From Vairimorpha necatrix (Eukaryota), in the NCBI GenBank assembly GCA_036630325.1, contig CP142726.1, forward strand, positions 1,178,001 to 1,242,000: a stretch of DNA of 64,000 nucleotides, in the 5' to 3' direction. This document shows, one piece after another, positions 14,501 through 24,997 of the stretch. The notes under the pieces were generated by a model. It did no database searches, was not told where the DNA came from, and was given only the letters and a program-made list of their open reading frames with translations. Made by a program: the position numbers and the translations under genes. Each line of letters starts with the position of its first letter. Positions within the stretch are counted from its first letter, which is position 1.

Positions 14501-16082
14501 AATGAAATTCCCTTTCTGTCTCTGGAAAAGCAAGGGAATCTTTTAAATATTTCAGGCTTATTTTTAAGAAAGCTTTGGGAATTATCAAATTCTTAATAAG
14601 TTCCCCGTAAAATATGGCTAGTAGATCAGAATTGGGCAATTTATACAAGGCCTGATAATTTTCTATCAAGGTAGTGAATATTTTATAAGATAAATCTTTC
14701 ATATTTGTATCTCCATTTTGCATATTTTTAATATATTCGAGACCATCTTGGATTGACAATTGGGAATTTATAATTGAAGAAATAAAAGACGAAGCCTGTT
14801 CGTCGACATTATTTTCATTTCCTTTTTTCAATTTTATGACTAAAGGAATTTGCTTTTTTAAATTGTTAAATTTTGTCAATGTTTCGTAAGCGAGTTTGTT
14901 CTGATTTTGTTCTATAGATTTGACAATATTAATTAAAATTTCCACTGTCAAAGGGAATAATTTGTCAATCATTAAATTTTCTCTATTATTAAGATTCATA
15001 TCTTTAATTTCTCTATTTATATTTTCTATACTTTTATCATTTCTAATTTCATTTTGATTTAAATTCATCTCTTGGATTTTTATCTCTAAATAATTTATTA
15101 AAATTTTGGCAAATTGATCTTTTTTACTGTTTAAATTATTTTGTATCCATATTCCTAAATTTAAATGATCTCTTACTGAACTTAATATTATTATATCTAA
15201 ACAAATATTTGGTGGATCTAAATCTTCACTGACTTGTGGTAACATTTTGTGCTCTAAAATAACATCCAAAATTTTACTAAGAGAAATTCCTTGAGAAATG
15301 AAACTTGACAATTTCTTAAGTAAAATCTTGGGAATATTTCTAAATAAAATGTAAAATATGAAATTATTAGAAGAGCCTCTTAAGAAATTAATTATCAAAT
15401 CATCTAGAAATTTCTCAAAATGTGGATAAATGTAAGAAAGTCCTGCTGCGCACCATTCGGGCGCCTTTTTAGAAATTTGTTCTATCAAAATGTTAGAATC
15501 GAGACTTTTTATACACTCGAAAAGTTCCACACAATTAAAAGTGCTTTCATAATTCAGATTATTTTTATATCTCGTCATTCTCGTCTCATCTTGTTTTAAT
15601 ATTTTAGTAAAAAATACATTTGAATATAATTGCGTCTTCTTCTCGTCACTTTCAATTATCAACCTTATAAAATAAATTTGAGATCTCAAATTCTTCCATT
15701 TCTTAAAGAATATTTCATAAGGCACTGTAATTATTCCACTAATACAAACCCAACAATCAATAATAACATATAAACTATCAAGAGACCAAATAGTAAATTC
15801 TTCCTCTAAAAAGCAAGAATAAACATCTCGCCAATTAATTTCTTCTAAATTACTTTTTAATACTTCCATAATATTCTTAATATTCCAATTTCTCTCTGGG
15901 AAATCTGCCATAAATAAAATCATCTTGGCGATTTCTTTATGTCCGATTTTTCTACTAATTTTAAGTTTAGTAAGTAAATGGATCATGAAATCCTTGTTAA
16001 CATTTTCTGGATCTTGTTTTTCTAAGATTTCTTTTAATTCTAGATTGTCGTCAACTTCTTGTTTTTTAAAATTCTTGTCCAT
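11544..16082 (-). CDS. NOT1: CCR4-NOT complex scaffold subunit Not1
   Basis: 1512-aa helical protein with Not1-like motifs RDHLNLGIWI, LGKLVGNLTLAKNR, IFIPKNPWLMSIL, AIIDKACEISIKT and LKPSSVPFFTTGYLEIMQH. Confidence 0.9.
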   Translation of the reverse strand: MDKNFKKQEVDDNLELKEILEKQDPENVNKDFMIHLLTKLKISRKIGHKEIAKMILFMADFPERNWNIKNIMEVLKSNLEEINWRDVYSCFLEEEFTIWSLDSLYVIIDCWVCISGIITVPYEIFFKKWKNLRSQIYFIRLIIESDEKKTQLYSNVFFTKILKQDETRMTRYKNNLNYESTFNCVELFECIKSLDSNILIEQISKKAPEWCAAGLSYIYPHFEKFLDDLIINFLRGSSNNFIFYILFRNIPKILLKKLSSFISQGISLSKILDVILEHKMLPQVSEDLDPPNICLDIIILSSVRDHLNLGIWIQNNLNSKKDQFAKILINYLEIKIQEMNLNQNEIRNDKSIENINREIKDMNLNNRENLMIDKLFPLTVEILINIVKSIEQNQNKLAYETLTKFNNLKKQIPLVIKLKKGNENNVDEQASSFISSIINSQLSIQDGLEYIKNMQNGDTNMKDLSYKIFTTLIENYQALYKLPNSDLLAIFYGELIKNLIIPKAFLKISLKYLKDSLAFPETEREFHFAFKCLEKFIRTMPKFLEEIENIENVKKNLLKKDLILVDETFYSRITFNELIETSLKINITNEFINIEQKISSENLNSANLNDLIFGIFFNLYKEETPLIFKFLNNLNQKISANLLISSLQIVNSLLNLTIEKETEFIKKLGKLVGNLTLAKNRIIILDKFDFKKFLIKSVEGRRIKLGIFFISSFLKEGKKGKIFIPKNPWLMSILNLLGNLQTCTLKEIRKEIEELFKYFEIEIKPKEVEFFKFRSREYLLEYKIQLNNTKDITNIYNNKEDLEIFKHAVFLALDFSIREIAEAIIDKACEISIKTGMKLFKSIKIEKGKEFVLFRNLLVNLTKSLCFVSAQEPIRACMSGNISYFLKLVNLEINPEEIHKIVNDNQEICINLIQRAATSKISDCVNEYFKNTEINEGTGNFINLKILENNSHLEKINIKPIEASEFQELKSHFLQISRRKTGTMDFISEEWHNLIKNNKEEDFEKIKKYILKSEDKDLECTKLCKYLIGHLIKNSSHKDIKNGHLQKTEHPKRGEQDTTSHTRNNSDMIFIRLKDIFNISNRTQKEVQNWIIYSNDTRKYNEKFISKFIEFQLINLVEFDQALARNIKNEENLEEILNLISNLITGDIQICTVYDFIASLESLANFSDNSKIYDFFQKISSYMFLFENSNLSEFEEFIKSEKYSIFTDYKKIRNLPQNLNIKSAFKSSWEHFVRHHKLPTLFCYQKVDLIPQIIKNTISLYIKDTLEVFIDAYNRRNYLFIKFYTRFIIKLLDILDESSENLKIIYDLLNLLKPSSVPFFTTGYLEIMQHKFVKRLFDFNMAEEILKVLNVNEKFIYPCTKIFMNIKDNKNFLKVYGIYLSYICNYKYIHLRNIFNRYRDNIQYLENQNLYFKIRRMLQSNTIVLKDFMNNSTFILCIIDNLNEKNLISVYANNILRNFINEKILVNKIITLVWIYNKCECVPLGLKMFYEELKKNEWVVKIIDSLESKFNK

Positions 16083-16149
16083 GCTTTTTTAAGGAAAAGA
16101 ATTTTAAAAATATTTAAAAATAAAATAAGAAAAAGTAAAAAGCATTTTA

Positions 16150-16205
16150 ATAAGACTTTATAAAATATTTGTAAAATAAGACTTTATAGAATATTTGTAA
16201 AATAA
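16150..16205. repeat. 26-bp tandem repeat (~2 copies) upstream of NOT1
   Basis: ataagactttata(a/g)aatatttgtaaa repeated. Confidence 0.75.
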
Positions 16206-17110
16206 ACTTCTTTATAAAAATTTAAGCAATTATTTATTAGCATTAATTTGAATTTAAATGACAGCTCTTAATTTTGGCATAAACAAAAAGGAAAAAAATT
16301 TGTTTACTGATTAAAGATGACAAAAAAGACAAACATCAGAAACAGGTTTATTTGTATCAACACGATAATCGCACAACTTGACTATATTACTTATAATGTA
16401 AATATGCCCATCAGGGAAATGTAAAACAATTTGGAAATTTCCAAGTTGGGGATCAATTTGGCTGTATGGAAGACATCAGCATAAAGCGAAACAAAAGTGC
16501 GGCAAAGATGAATGTTGATATTTAGCATCTAAAATCCCCTTTATGACTGAAGCTTTACCTACTACATGTGCTTAAACAGAGACATAATTCTATAAATACT
16601 TTTATAAGATTGTAAATGAGAAATAGAGCTGAAATGCGAAACAACCCCTTTGAAGATGATCAATTAATTATTTCGAACCCCAAAAATGAAGTGCAAAAAA
16701 AAAACAAAATATTAAGACTTTTTAGTACAAATCCAAAAAAAAATATTTTGAATTGAACTATTTTAACCTTTAACAAATTTAAAATCGAATGCTATAAAAT
16801 CAAAATATGGGATTCAAATTAATAATTAAATTCATTCATGTTTTTGTTGTATGATTTATACATCTTATGTGCTTTTTGATTTTTGCCTTTTCTATACTTA
16901 TGGAATTCATCTAGTTTTCTAATTCAACTATTCACCTTCTGAGGGCGTTCGGCATCTTCAGCCTGAAGAATTTAATTTTTAGACATACATTATAAAAAAT
17001 AGATACGTATTTAAATTCGGACTTATCATTATTTGGTTTTTAATATTTAACATACAGTGGATTCACATGGTGTTTAAGCATTGTATAATACATTTAGAAA
17101 TAAGAAATTG

Positions 17111-17976
17111 GGCTAATTTTCACTTTATCCCCCCCCTTACCAATATAAATACAGAATTTTTTATTTTTTGCCCTGTTTTTTAAAAGTCGAAGCGTCCAGA
17201 GCGAAAAGGAACAGAGAAAAATTTACATAAGTAAAAAAATGGTCTTAGAAATATCTAATTTGATCATAGTTTATGAAAAATATATTATTTAAACCAATTT
17301 AATAATGTTTTTTTTAATAAACTATGAGTTAAATGAAAGTCTAAATTTGTAAAAATATGTTTTAACCTATTGCTTTCTTTTGTCATTACATTTAATTTTT
17401 GCTAAAGATAAACATGTTTATACACAGTTTATGTTGTTTAAAACAGAATCTAGGTTAGGTTATTCTTAGTTTGGTAGTATATTTATTAGTCTTGTTTTTT
17501 TAGGTTTTTATTGGTTTTTCTAGACAAACAAAGTAAAAATAATGTTATATTTATGCTCTTTTAAGAATTATTGAATCGTATAGAATGTCAATTTATTAAT
17601 ATATGTTATATTTTAGCTCCAAAAGTAAAATATTACATGTTTTGAAAATTCTTTAATTCTTGAAAAATATTCATTTATAACAGCAAATGAACCTTATAAA
17701 TATTGTTTATATAGAGATTTCGTTGTTATACATTGCAATGTACAATAAAGATAAATCTTGATCAATAATTGGAAGAAGGAAATTTTTAAAAAATTGAAAA
17801 AAAAACGAAAAAACAATTGTTTTATTTTTGGTAAATATGCTATTTTATTACAACTTTATTTTTTTGACTTTTGCTCCTTCACATTTTTTCCGCTTCGAAT
17901 TTCGAAAAAAAGGGATATTTTTTAAAAATTCTTAATTTATATTGGTAAGGGGGGGGGGATAAAGTGAAAATGCTCC
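17111..17976. mobile_element. Non-autonomous TIR element (MITE), Merlin- or Mutator-like
   Basis: TIR cores are attttcactttatc(c)nttaccaatataaat and atttatattggtaa(g)ngataaagtgaaaat. Ends are GG...CC. Flanks agaaattg / agaaatta match at 7 of 8 as a TSD. No ORF. Confidence 0.85.
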
Positions 17977-18958
17977 AGAAATTATATTAGAAGTGACCAT
18001 TGGTGTTTTGCGATTCTCAAATAAGTCAGAATGGTTTAGTTGAATCATGGAAATGACTCGTCACAGAACAAACAATAAACTTCGGGGCTATTTGTAGAGC
18101 ATCTCTAAGGCATCAACATTGATGCCCAGTTGCTGCCTAAATATACATATAATGTATGTGCTATAAAAACACTGGTTGAGTAGTATACATCTGGGTGGGC
18201 TATTTGAGAGAACTTAAGAGGCTATACGAGGTAAGCTGAAAGATCTTACGGAACCTTTAGAACTTTGTTACTCGTTGGCCTCTTTTTGTGTAAAACAAGT
18301 CGTAAACAAAGACAAAACTGCGGTCTCAGGGGACAGGGGTGTTTAAGATGCAGACTGATTTGAAGATTTTCCGGACTGAACGATGTCGTCTTTACTTTAG
18401 TTAAATAGATCTTGCATGTAAATATATCTGCCATGAATCCTTATATGGTTATAGAAACTAACAATCCCAAGAGGCAAAGTTTAAATGACAAATAAAATTA
18501 TAATTTTATGTCTTAAAACTATAATAATAGTTTAAAAGTTGTATTTTAAATTTAAGGTTCTTTTGTAAAGACATGCTTGCTGCTTACTTGCAGAAAGACA
18601 TATGTGACTTTTGTACAATTTCAAGTGTTTTAGATGCAGACAAGAATAGTCTAGTTAACAAGTTTTGCTGGATCTTAAGAAATATGCATCTTTATCCTCC
18701 AATGCAAGTGGAAGCACCTTTAAGGCGTATAACACTCAGAAAAAATGTTCTTAAGATCTTACATTATAAATGTTTTACCCTTTTACTCCTGTCTTCATTG
18801 TGCGCCCTCTTGTTCTTCTAAGATATTTTGGCGTCTCGTCCCTTGAATATATTAAACTTCTTCCATTTTTATATTAAAGCTAATGAGATTCTCTTATATA
18901 TATTTGTAATTATAATACTTATGTTTTTTTTTGCTCCCGCCCCTTCTTTCTTTTTGTT

Positions 18959-19894
18959 ATGAATATTTGTATTGTCGGCGGCGGTCCTTCTGGCTTATTC
19001 CTTGCCAAATATCTCGCACCAAATGTCAATAATATTACAATCTATGATAAAGACGCCACATACGGCGGCTTATATAGAAATTCACATGACCCAAAAATGA
19101 ATATATTTGATAAAATTATCAAGACTAAAAATATCAAATTCATACCCAATTATGAAATAAAAAGAGACAATTTCAAAGATATAGAGTCCAAATATGACAA
19201 GTTTGTAGTGGCGACAGGCGGCATACCCAATTTTCATAAGGAAAGTGGGCTGATTAATTCTTTAGATGTAATCCAAAATAAAGTAAAAAAAGAAGAATTA
19301 GGCAAGAATATTTGTATTTTAGGAATGGGGAATGTAGCCTTAGACATATGTAAGAAGTTACTAACTAAAATAGATCAATTAAATCCTGAAAATATTGATA
19401 TTTGTAGTAGAAGTTCGTGTTTCTTATCAAAATTCGGAAATAATGAAATGAGAGACATTTTAAAACTCGCAAATATCAAAACTTACAACTTGACAAATCC
19501 GTCAAACTTGAAAGAAAAAAGAAGGCACGATTTATTAACAAAGACAATTTACGACCCACTGAAAAGTCAAATAAACTTGAGATTTAATACAGAAATAAGA
19601 AATATAAAAAAGAAGAATGGAAAATTTCAAGTAGAATTCCAAAATGGAGACTTTTTATTTTATGATTCTGTGATTTCTAGCTGGGGATTTAAACCAAATC
19701 CATTAGAATTAGAGACAAATAAACCAGTTTACAGAATAGGGTGGTGTGAGAAAGCATATGGAAATATAAACGACGCATTAAACAAAGCCAAGGAACTTAG
19801 TGTAAACATGTTGAAACACAAAACAAAGAAGGACGAATTAGATGAGAAATTAAAGACAAATCAGATATATAAAGAATTAGAGAATTTTTTATAA
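18959..19894 (+). CDS. ARH1: NADPH:adrenodoxin (ferredoxin) oxidoreductase, mitosomal Arh1-like
   Basis: FAD motif ICIVGGGPSG, YGGLYR, the adrenodoxin-reductase-type NADP motif ILGMGNVALD, and C-terminal YRIGW. CCC lies upstream of the ATG. Confidence 0.85.
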   Translation: MNICIVGGGPSGLFLAKYLAPNVNNITIYDKDATYGGLYRNSHDPKMNIFDKIIKTKNIKFIPNYEIKRDNFKDIESKYDKFVVATGGIPNFHKESGLINSLDVIQNKVKKEELGKNICILGMGNVALDICKKLLTKIDQLNPENIDICSRSSCFLSKFGNNEMRDILKLANIKTYNLTNPSNLKEKRRHDLLTKTIYDPLKSQINLRFNTEIRNIKKKNGKFQVEFQNGDFLFYDSVISSWGFKPNPLELETNKPVYRIGWCEKAYGNINDALNKAKELSVNMLKHKTKKDELDEKLKTNQIYKELENFL

Positions 19895-20204
19895 TTTTGT
19901 GGAAATATGACAAAAACATGTAAAAAATGAGAAATTAATACGTGAATGTTTACACAACCAAAAGGAAAATGCAAAAGGCCCTGTTTTCGTAAAATAAAGA
20001 CACTTTTTTCAAAAATGTTTCTTCTCCTTTTTGTTTAGTAAATAAACCCAAAACACTGTTTCAAAGACACAAACATTCTTTTTTAACTAAAATGATCAAT
20101 TTCCTCATTTACTCCAACTTTTTTTAAATTTTGTTCTTTTTTTTTGTTTGCCTTTTGAAACATGTTTCAGAAAAAAATATAAATTCAGAAATGTTTTGTA
20201 AACA

Positions 20205-21896
20205 ATGAAGAAATCAACTTGCAGCCTTCTAATAGGAACAATAATCACGGGGATTGTTATGTTTTTATTGGGTGTTGATGTTGTTTCAAGGAAAAGAAAG
20301 CACAGTAGCCTAAGGGGGCAGGGTAGTAATTTGAAAAATAAAGACGAGGTGTCTGATGTTCAGGTATTGGATTTGATTAATAAAAGAATCGAGAAGTTGG
20401 AGAATATCCTTAATACATTCATTAAGACGACTAGTGAAGCCAGTAAGAACTTGAAGAAGAAAAGGGAGCTTAAGATGGCTCAAGCATCGAAGAATAATAA
20501 AGAAATCAAGACGCCTGTTTCACTGCCTGAAAATGGATTTAAGCCTCAACCAATTAGCAATGAAATCAAGCCTCAACCAATTAGCAATGAAATCAAGCCT
20601 CAACCAATTAGCAATGAAATCAAGCCCTTGACTGATATTAAACCCATTTCATCGACCAATCAACCCACGGCGTTGCCTCCTCTGACTGATTATCAACCAA
20701 TACAAATAATTAATGGAAAACTTAAAGATCTTAAACCTCTAAAAGGCGATCACCCTTTAAAAGATCTTAAGCCATTAAAAGACCAAAAGGATAACAAGCC
20801 AGAAATATCAGAGACGACTTTTTCGCCAATATTCAGTAGTTACAAAAATCTAAACAAAGATGAAACACATGAAGAAATTAAAGAAACCCCGAGATATTTC
20901 GCGGGTCTTTTTAACAAAGTGCATTTTGACAGCTTAAATTGGCCAATATTCGAGCCCAATGACACTGCAAAAATCAAATTAGACAAGGCTAAAGACACAA
21001 GAGATCAGAAAGAGACTGGAAAAATTAAAGTGCTAAAAAGAGAACTTGTTGATCTCGCACCTACAAAACCTGAAGAGACAAAAAACAAAGAAAAACAGAA
21101 ATCTTCAGGATTTATTACAAAATCAATGGATGAAGCCTTTAGTCCTTCAGATAATCTAACAGCTTTCTCTACTCACAAAACAGATTATCATCCAATATTC
21201 TTTACAGAGAAAACCAACACAGAGACGAGATCTTTACCATCAAACCCATTTATCAGTGAACCGAGTCTGGAAAGAATTGAAAGTCAAATAAAAGCAAGGA
21301 AATTACAAGTTAAAAAGAAAGATAAGACGAAAGATGAAGACAATGGAAGCTTAAAGATAAATAACGAAGACAATAATAAATTAAAAACAAATAATGAAGA
21401 AATTACTAAAAAGGCAGACCAGGATTTCAAAGAAGAACACAATATTAAAATAACCAATGAAGATAATATTAAAGAAGAAGATAAAAAAGCAATCAATGAC
21501 GCAATAAACATGATCTTCTCAGACGACAATCAGACAAAAAAGAAAGACAAAGACGACACACATTCATTAATTAAGGAATTGAGTAAGAAACCATCTAATA
21601 AAAGCACAAGTAAAAAATCTAAGCACAAGAAACCCAAACTAATAAAACTACAAAAAAGTAAAGAAGATCAAGAAGATAAATCTTTAATTAATAAAGACGA
21701 ACCAGTGAAAGAAGAGAATATTAAAGAACTCTTTAAGAAGGAATATTATGTGGTCCCTAAAAGCGAGCCAATAATCAAGACACCTGATAGTTTAGAAATG
21801 CATGTCATAAAATCTATGGTAGAAGATTTAAGGAATAGTCCAGTGGGGGAAAATGAAAGATCAGAGCAAGGCGAGAAGAAAACAATCGAAGTTTAA
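20205..21896 (+). CDS. Hypothetical membrane-anchored/secreted low-complexity protein, 563 aa
   Basis: N-terminal hydrophobic helix (LLIGTIITGIVMFLLGV), a K/E/D/P-rich body and KPQPISNEI x3. Confidence 0.8.
   Translation: MKKSTCSLLIGTIITGIVMFLLGVDVVSRKRKHSSLRGQGSNLKNKDEVSDVQVLDLINKRIEKLENILNTFIKTTSEASKNLKKKRELKMAQASKNNKEIKTPVSLPENGFKPQPISNEIKPQPISNEIKPQPISNEIKPLTDIKPISSTNQPTALPPLTDYQPIQIINGKLKDLKPLKGDHPLKDLKPLKDQKDNKPEISETTFSPIFSSYKNLNKDETHEEIKETPRYFAGLFNKVHFDSLNWPIFEPNDTAKIKLDKAKDTRDQKETGKIKVLKRELVDLAPTKPEETKNKEKQKSSGFITKSMDEAFSPSDNLTAFSTHKTDYHPIFFTEKTNTETRSLPSNPFISEPSLERIESQIKARKLQVKKKDKTKDEDNGSLKINNEDNNKLKTNNEEITKKADQDFKEEHNIKITNEDNIKEEDKKAINDAINMIFSDDNQTKKKDKDDTHSLIKELSKKPSNKSTSKKSKHKKPKLIKLQKSKEDQEDKSLINKDEPVKEENIKELFKKEYYVVPKSEPIIKTPDSLEMHVIKSMVEDLRNSPVGENERSEQGEKKTIEV
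20541..20626 (+). repeat. In-frame 27-bp coding minisatellite, 3 perfect copies
   Basis: aagcctcaaccaattagcaatgaaatc x3. Confidence 0.95.
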
Positions 21897-22770
21897 ATAA
21901 ACTTTATACGAAAAAAAACTTATATTTTTTTATATTGAGCCTCCTTCGCGGGGTTTATATTATTTAACTAAATGGGTGGGATATTTTTATATCTAGTTAT
22001 TTTCTTATCTTTTTTATATGGGACGTGGTTTTTTTTTGTCTCAACTAAATTAGGTCAATTGCACACTCATACATGATTTTCAACAACTTATACGCATTTA
22101 TACGCAGCGATAAGATTTGTTCGTCAAAATTTTAGATTTTACTAATCCTATGATGAACACTATTTGTTCTCTATTATTAAAAACTGTTGGTATATTCACA
22201 GATGCTCACAAGCGTATATTTTCAATTGTTCTATAAGACCAGCTTGTTGCAATTTCAAATAAAATTCAAAACAACGCAGAATTCACTGCTAATTTAAGGT
22301 AATTAGAAATTAAGTCAGTTATATTTCTTATGGTATTTAAGAAAAATATTAAATCAAGCCTAAAGCTTGTATATCTTTTCTTACGTGAAATCTTTTAAGC
22401 ACATGCTTAAATTTATGGGCGACAAGTAGTCGATTCAGCCCTTAAATACAGATTCTATGTTGTAAGTAAAAGGGATAAAGAAGATTGTAGAAATCTTTGA
22501 GTCAGTACGATGATGTCTCTCCTCGGATTATTAAATCCGTGTCAGATATTTTAATCTGTTTTTATTTGATATCTTAATCTGTTTTAACCATTCTGGGGTG
22601 TTATTTCCCTAATGCCGAAGCCTTAAACATGGTCGAGCTTAAAAATATATATAAGAAAAATAATTAAGAATCTCGCAGTATCAGTTGGATAATTTCGACT
22701 CTCTTGTTTCAAAATAGGGCCCTCATGTTTCTTACTTGCTTGAAAATTTATAACACCTTCCTCTTTGATC

Positions 22771-22852
22771 TTATGCTTGCATAATTTTATTCTTTATTTA
22801 TAAATATTTTATGCTTGCATAATTTTATTCTTTATTTATAAATATTTTATGC
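22771..22852. repeat. 38-bp perfect tandem duplication downstream of VMA1
   Basis: ttatgcttgcataattttattctttatttataaatatt x2. Confidence 0.9.
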
Positions 22853-22922
22853 ATAACCTTATTTATAAACTTGAAGTAAGTTTTCATATATTGAAAATAA
22901 ATATATTTGCGAATATTTTTAT

Positions 22923-24752
22923 TCATTTTAATTTGTTGAAAGTATTCTCAATATCTAAATATAATTCATCCAACTTCTTCTCTAATTTCTCATCAGGCAT
23001 AAAAAACTTCATTTTCATCAATCTGTAAAATATTTCTTCCGTTTCTTTCTTTATTTCTGTCCATGTCTTTTTCTTAACTGTTATCATTTTCTGTGCTTTC
23101 TCAAAATATTCAATAATATTCTTAAGCATCAGTCTCGTCTTTATAAATGGACAATATCTGTCATAATCAGAATATCCATTTTGTTGTAAATAATCTTCTT
23201 TGATTAGTTTACTAATATCTAGAATTAATTTCTCTGTCTCTGATAGTGCATTTTTCCCTACTAATTGTACTATTTCTGATAAATCGTCGTCCATTTGTAA
23301 AATCTCTTTACATTTTGTTCGGTATCTTATGAAATTTGAGTCAATATTTTCATAATAAGGTTGTAAACTCGCGAAATATTTCGAGTAACTCAAATTCCAA
23401 TTAATAGACGGGAAATGTTTCCTCTGTGCCAATTTCTTATCTAGGCCCCAGAAGACTTGGACAATTCCTAAGGTCGCAGAAGTGACGGGGTCACTGAAGT
23501 CTCCGCCTGGTGGCGAGACTGCGCCTACAATTGTAACAGACCCTGTTCGATCAGGAGACCCTAAACATGTGACAGCACCCGCTCTCTCATAGAAAAAGGC
23601 CAATTTGGCAGACAAATACGCAGGATAGCCCGAGTCAGCAGGCATTTCTGCCAGTCGCCCACTAATTTCCCTTAAGGCTTCTGCCCATCTTGACGATGAG
23701 TCGGCCATCATTGACACATTCATTCCTTGATCTCTAATAAATTCAGAGATTGTAATACCAGTGTAAATAGAAGCTTCTCTTGCTGCTACTGGCATATTTG
23801 AAGTATTCGCCACTAATACAGTCCTTTTCATGATACTGTCAGATTTGCCTTCTACTGTCAATTTCGGGAAATCCATCAAAACTTCGCTCATTTCATTTCC
23901 ACGTTCGCCGCAGCCGACGTAGACAATCGCGTCTGAGTTCGAATATTTGGACAAAGATTGAGAAATGACAGTCTTCCCGCACCCAAAGGCGCCGGGGATG
24001 GCAGTGGTCCCGCCTTGTACACAAGGGAAAAGTGAGTCAAGAATCCTCTGCCCAGTGAAAAGTGGACTAGTGGCATTTATTTTCTCCTTGACAGGTCTCG
24101 GAATCCTGACCGGCCAACTGTGAAACATAAAAATTTCCTTTTTTATTTCATTATTTTCTACTTCTGCCATGACATCCTTCAAGGTGTAATTTCCTCTTTG
24201 AGCTACGAAAGTGAGCTTGCCTGTCATTTTTGGTGGTACAAGAATTTTCGTCTGTATCAGTGAGTTCTCAAAAGTCTCTCCTAAAATATCTCCACCGAAA
24301 ACATATTCTCCTTCTTTCTTGTGCGGTATAAATTCATATTCCCTTTTTCTATCTAAAGACGGTACGTCTATTCCTCTAGGAATGTAAATACTTCTTGTAA
24401 CTTCGTGAATATCTTTTAATGGTCTCTGAATTCCATCATAAATATTTTCAAACATACCTGGTCCTAATTCAGCACAAAGAGGCTTGCCTGTTCTAATAAT
24501 AATATCATTGACACATAAGCCGCTAGTCTCTTCATAAACTTGAATTGTAACTTTGTCATTTTCTATTTTGATTATTTCGCCTGTTAAGCCTTCTGCGCCC
24601 ACTTTGACAAGTTCGTACATGGCACACCCAGACATATTTTTACCGATCACTACTGGCCCGGAAATCGAGTAAATAAGACCTTGTTCACTTTCTTTTACTT
24701 CATTTAAATCTAATTCTTTGAATATTTTCTCTATAATGTTTATTTCAGACAT
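22923..24752 (-). CDS. VMA1: V-type H+-ATPase catalytic subunit A
   Basis: GAFGCGKT P-loop, [44 protein letters not shown] and FPSINW. Confidence 0.98.
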   Translation of the reverse strand: MSEINIIEKIFKELDLNEVKESEQGLIYSISGPVVIGKNMSGCAMYELVKVGAEGLTGEIIKIENDKVTIQVYEETSGLCVNDIIIRTGKPLCAELGPGMFENIYDGIQRPLKDIHEVTRSIYIPRGIDVPSLDRKREYEFIPHKKEGEYVFGGDILGETFENSLIQTKILVPPKMTGKLTFVAQRGNYTLKDVMAEVENNEIKKEIFMFHSWPVRIPRPVKEKINATSPLFTGQRILDSLFPCVQGGTTAIPGAFGCGKTVISQSLSKYSNSDAIVYVGCGERGNEMSEVLMDFPKLTVEGKSDSIMKRTVLVANTSNMPVAAREASIYTGITISEFIRDQGMNVSMMADSSSRWAEALREISGRLAEMPADSGYPAYLSAKLAFFYERAGAVTCLGSPDRTGSVTIVGAVSPPGGDFSDPVTSATLGIVQVFWGLDKKLAQRKHFPSINWNLSYSKYFASLQPYYENIDSNFIRYRTKCKEILQMDDDLSEIVQLVGKNALSETEKLILDISKLIKEDYLQQNGYSDYDRYCPFIKTRLMLKNIIEYFEKAQKMITVKKKTWTEIKKETEEIFYRLMKMKFFMPDEKLEKKLDELYLDIENTFNKLK

Positions 24753-24997
24753 CTACCCTCAAAACAAAAAAAAATATTTATAGAAAAAAAAACACCCCAT
24801 CAATTCATTTAAAAAACAAGATTTTTAATATCTTAAGTGAAAGAAACTTGTACTAGTAATAAAAAAAATGTAAAACAAGATTTTAATTTCTGTTTTGCAA
24901 ATTTATAAACAAGTTTTAAATTGTACTGTTAATAAAAAATCAAGAATTAAAACATAAAAAAACTTTTCATATTGTCGACTAAAACACTAAATTTATT

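Noticed and set aside
20541-22852. CRISPR-like arrays
   Set aside because: The repeats are head-to-tail without spacers, there are no cas genes, and the context is eukaryotic.
23900-23930. VMA1 intein
   Set aside because: The canonical insertion site [11 protein letters not shown] is uninterrupted.
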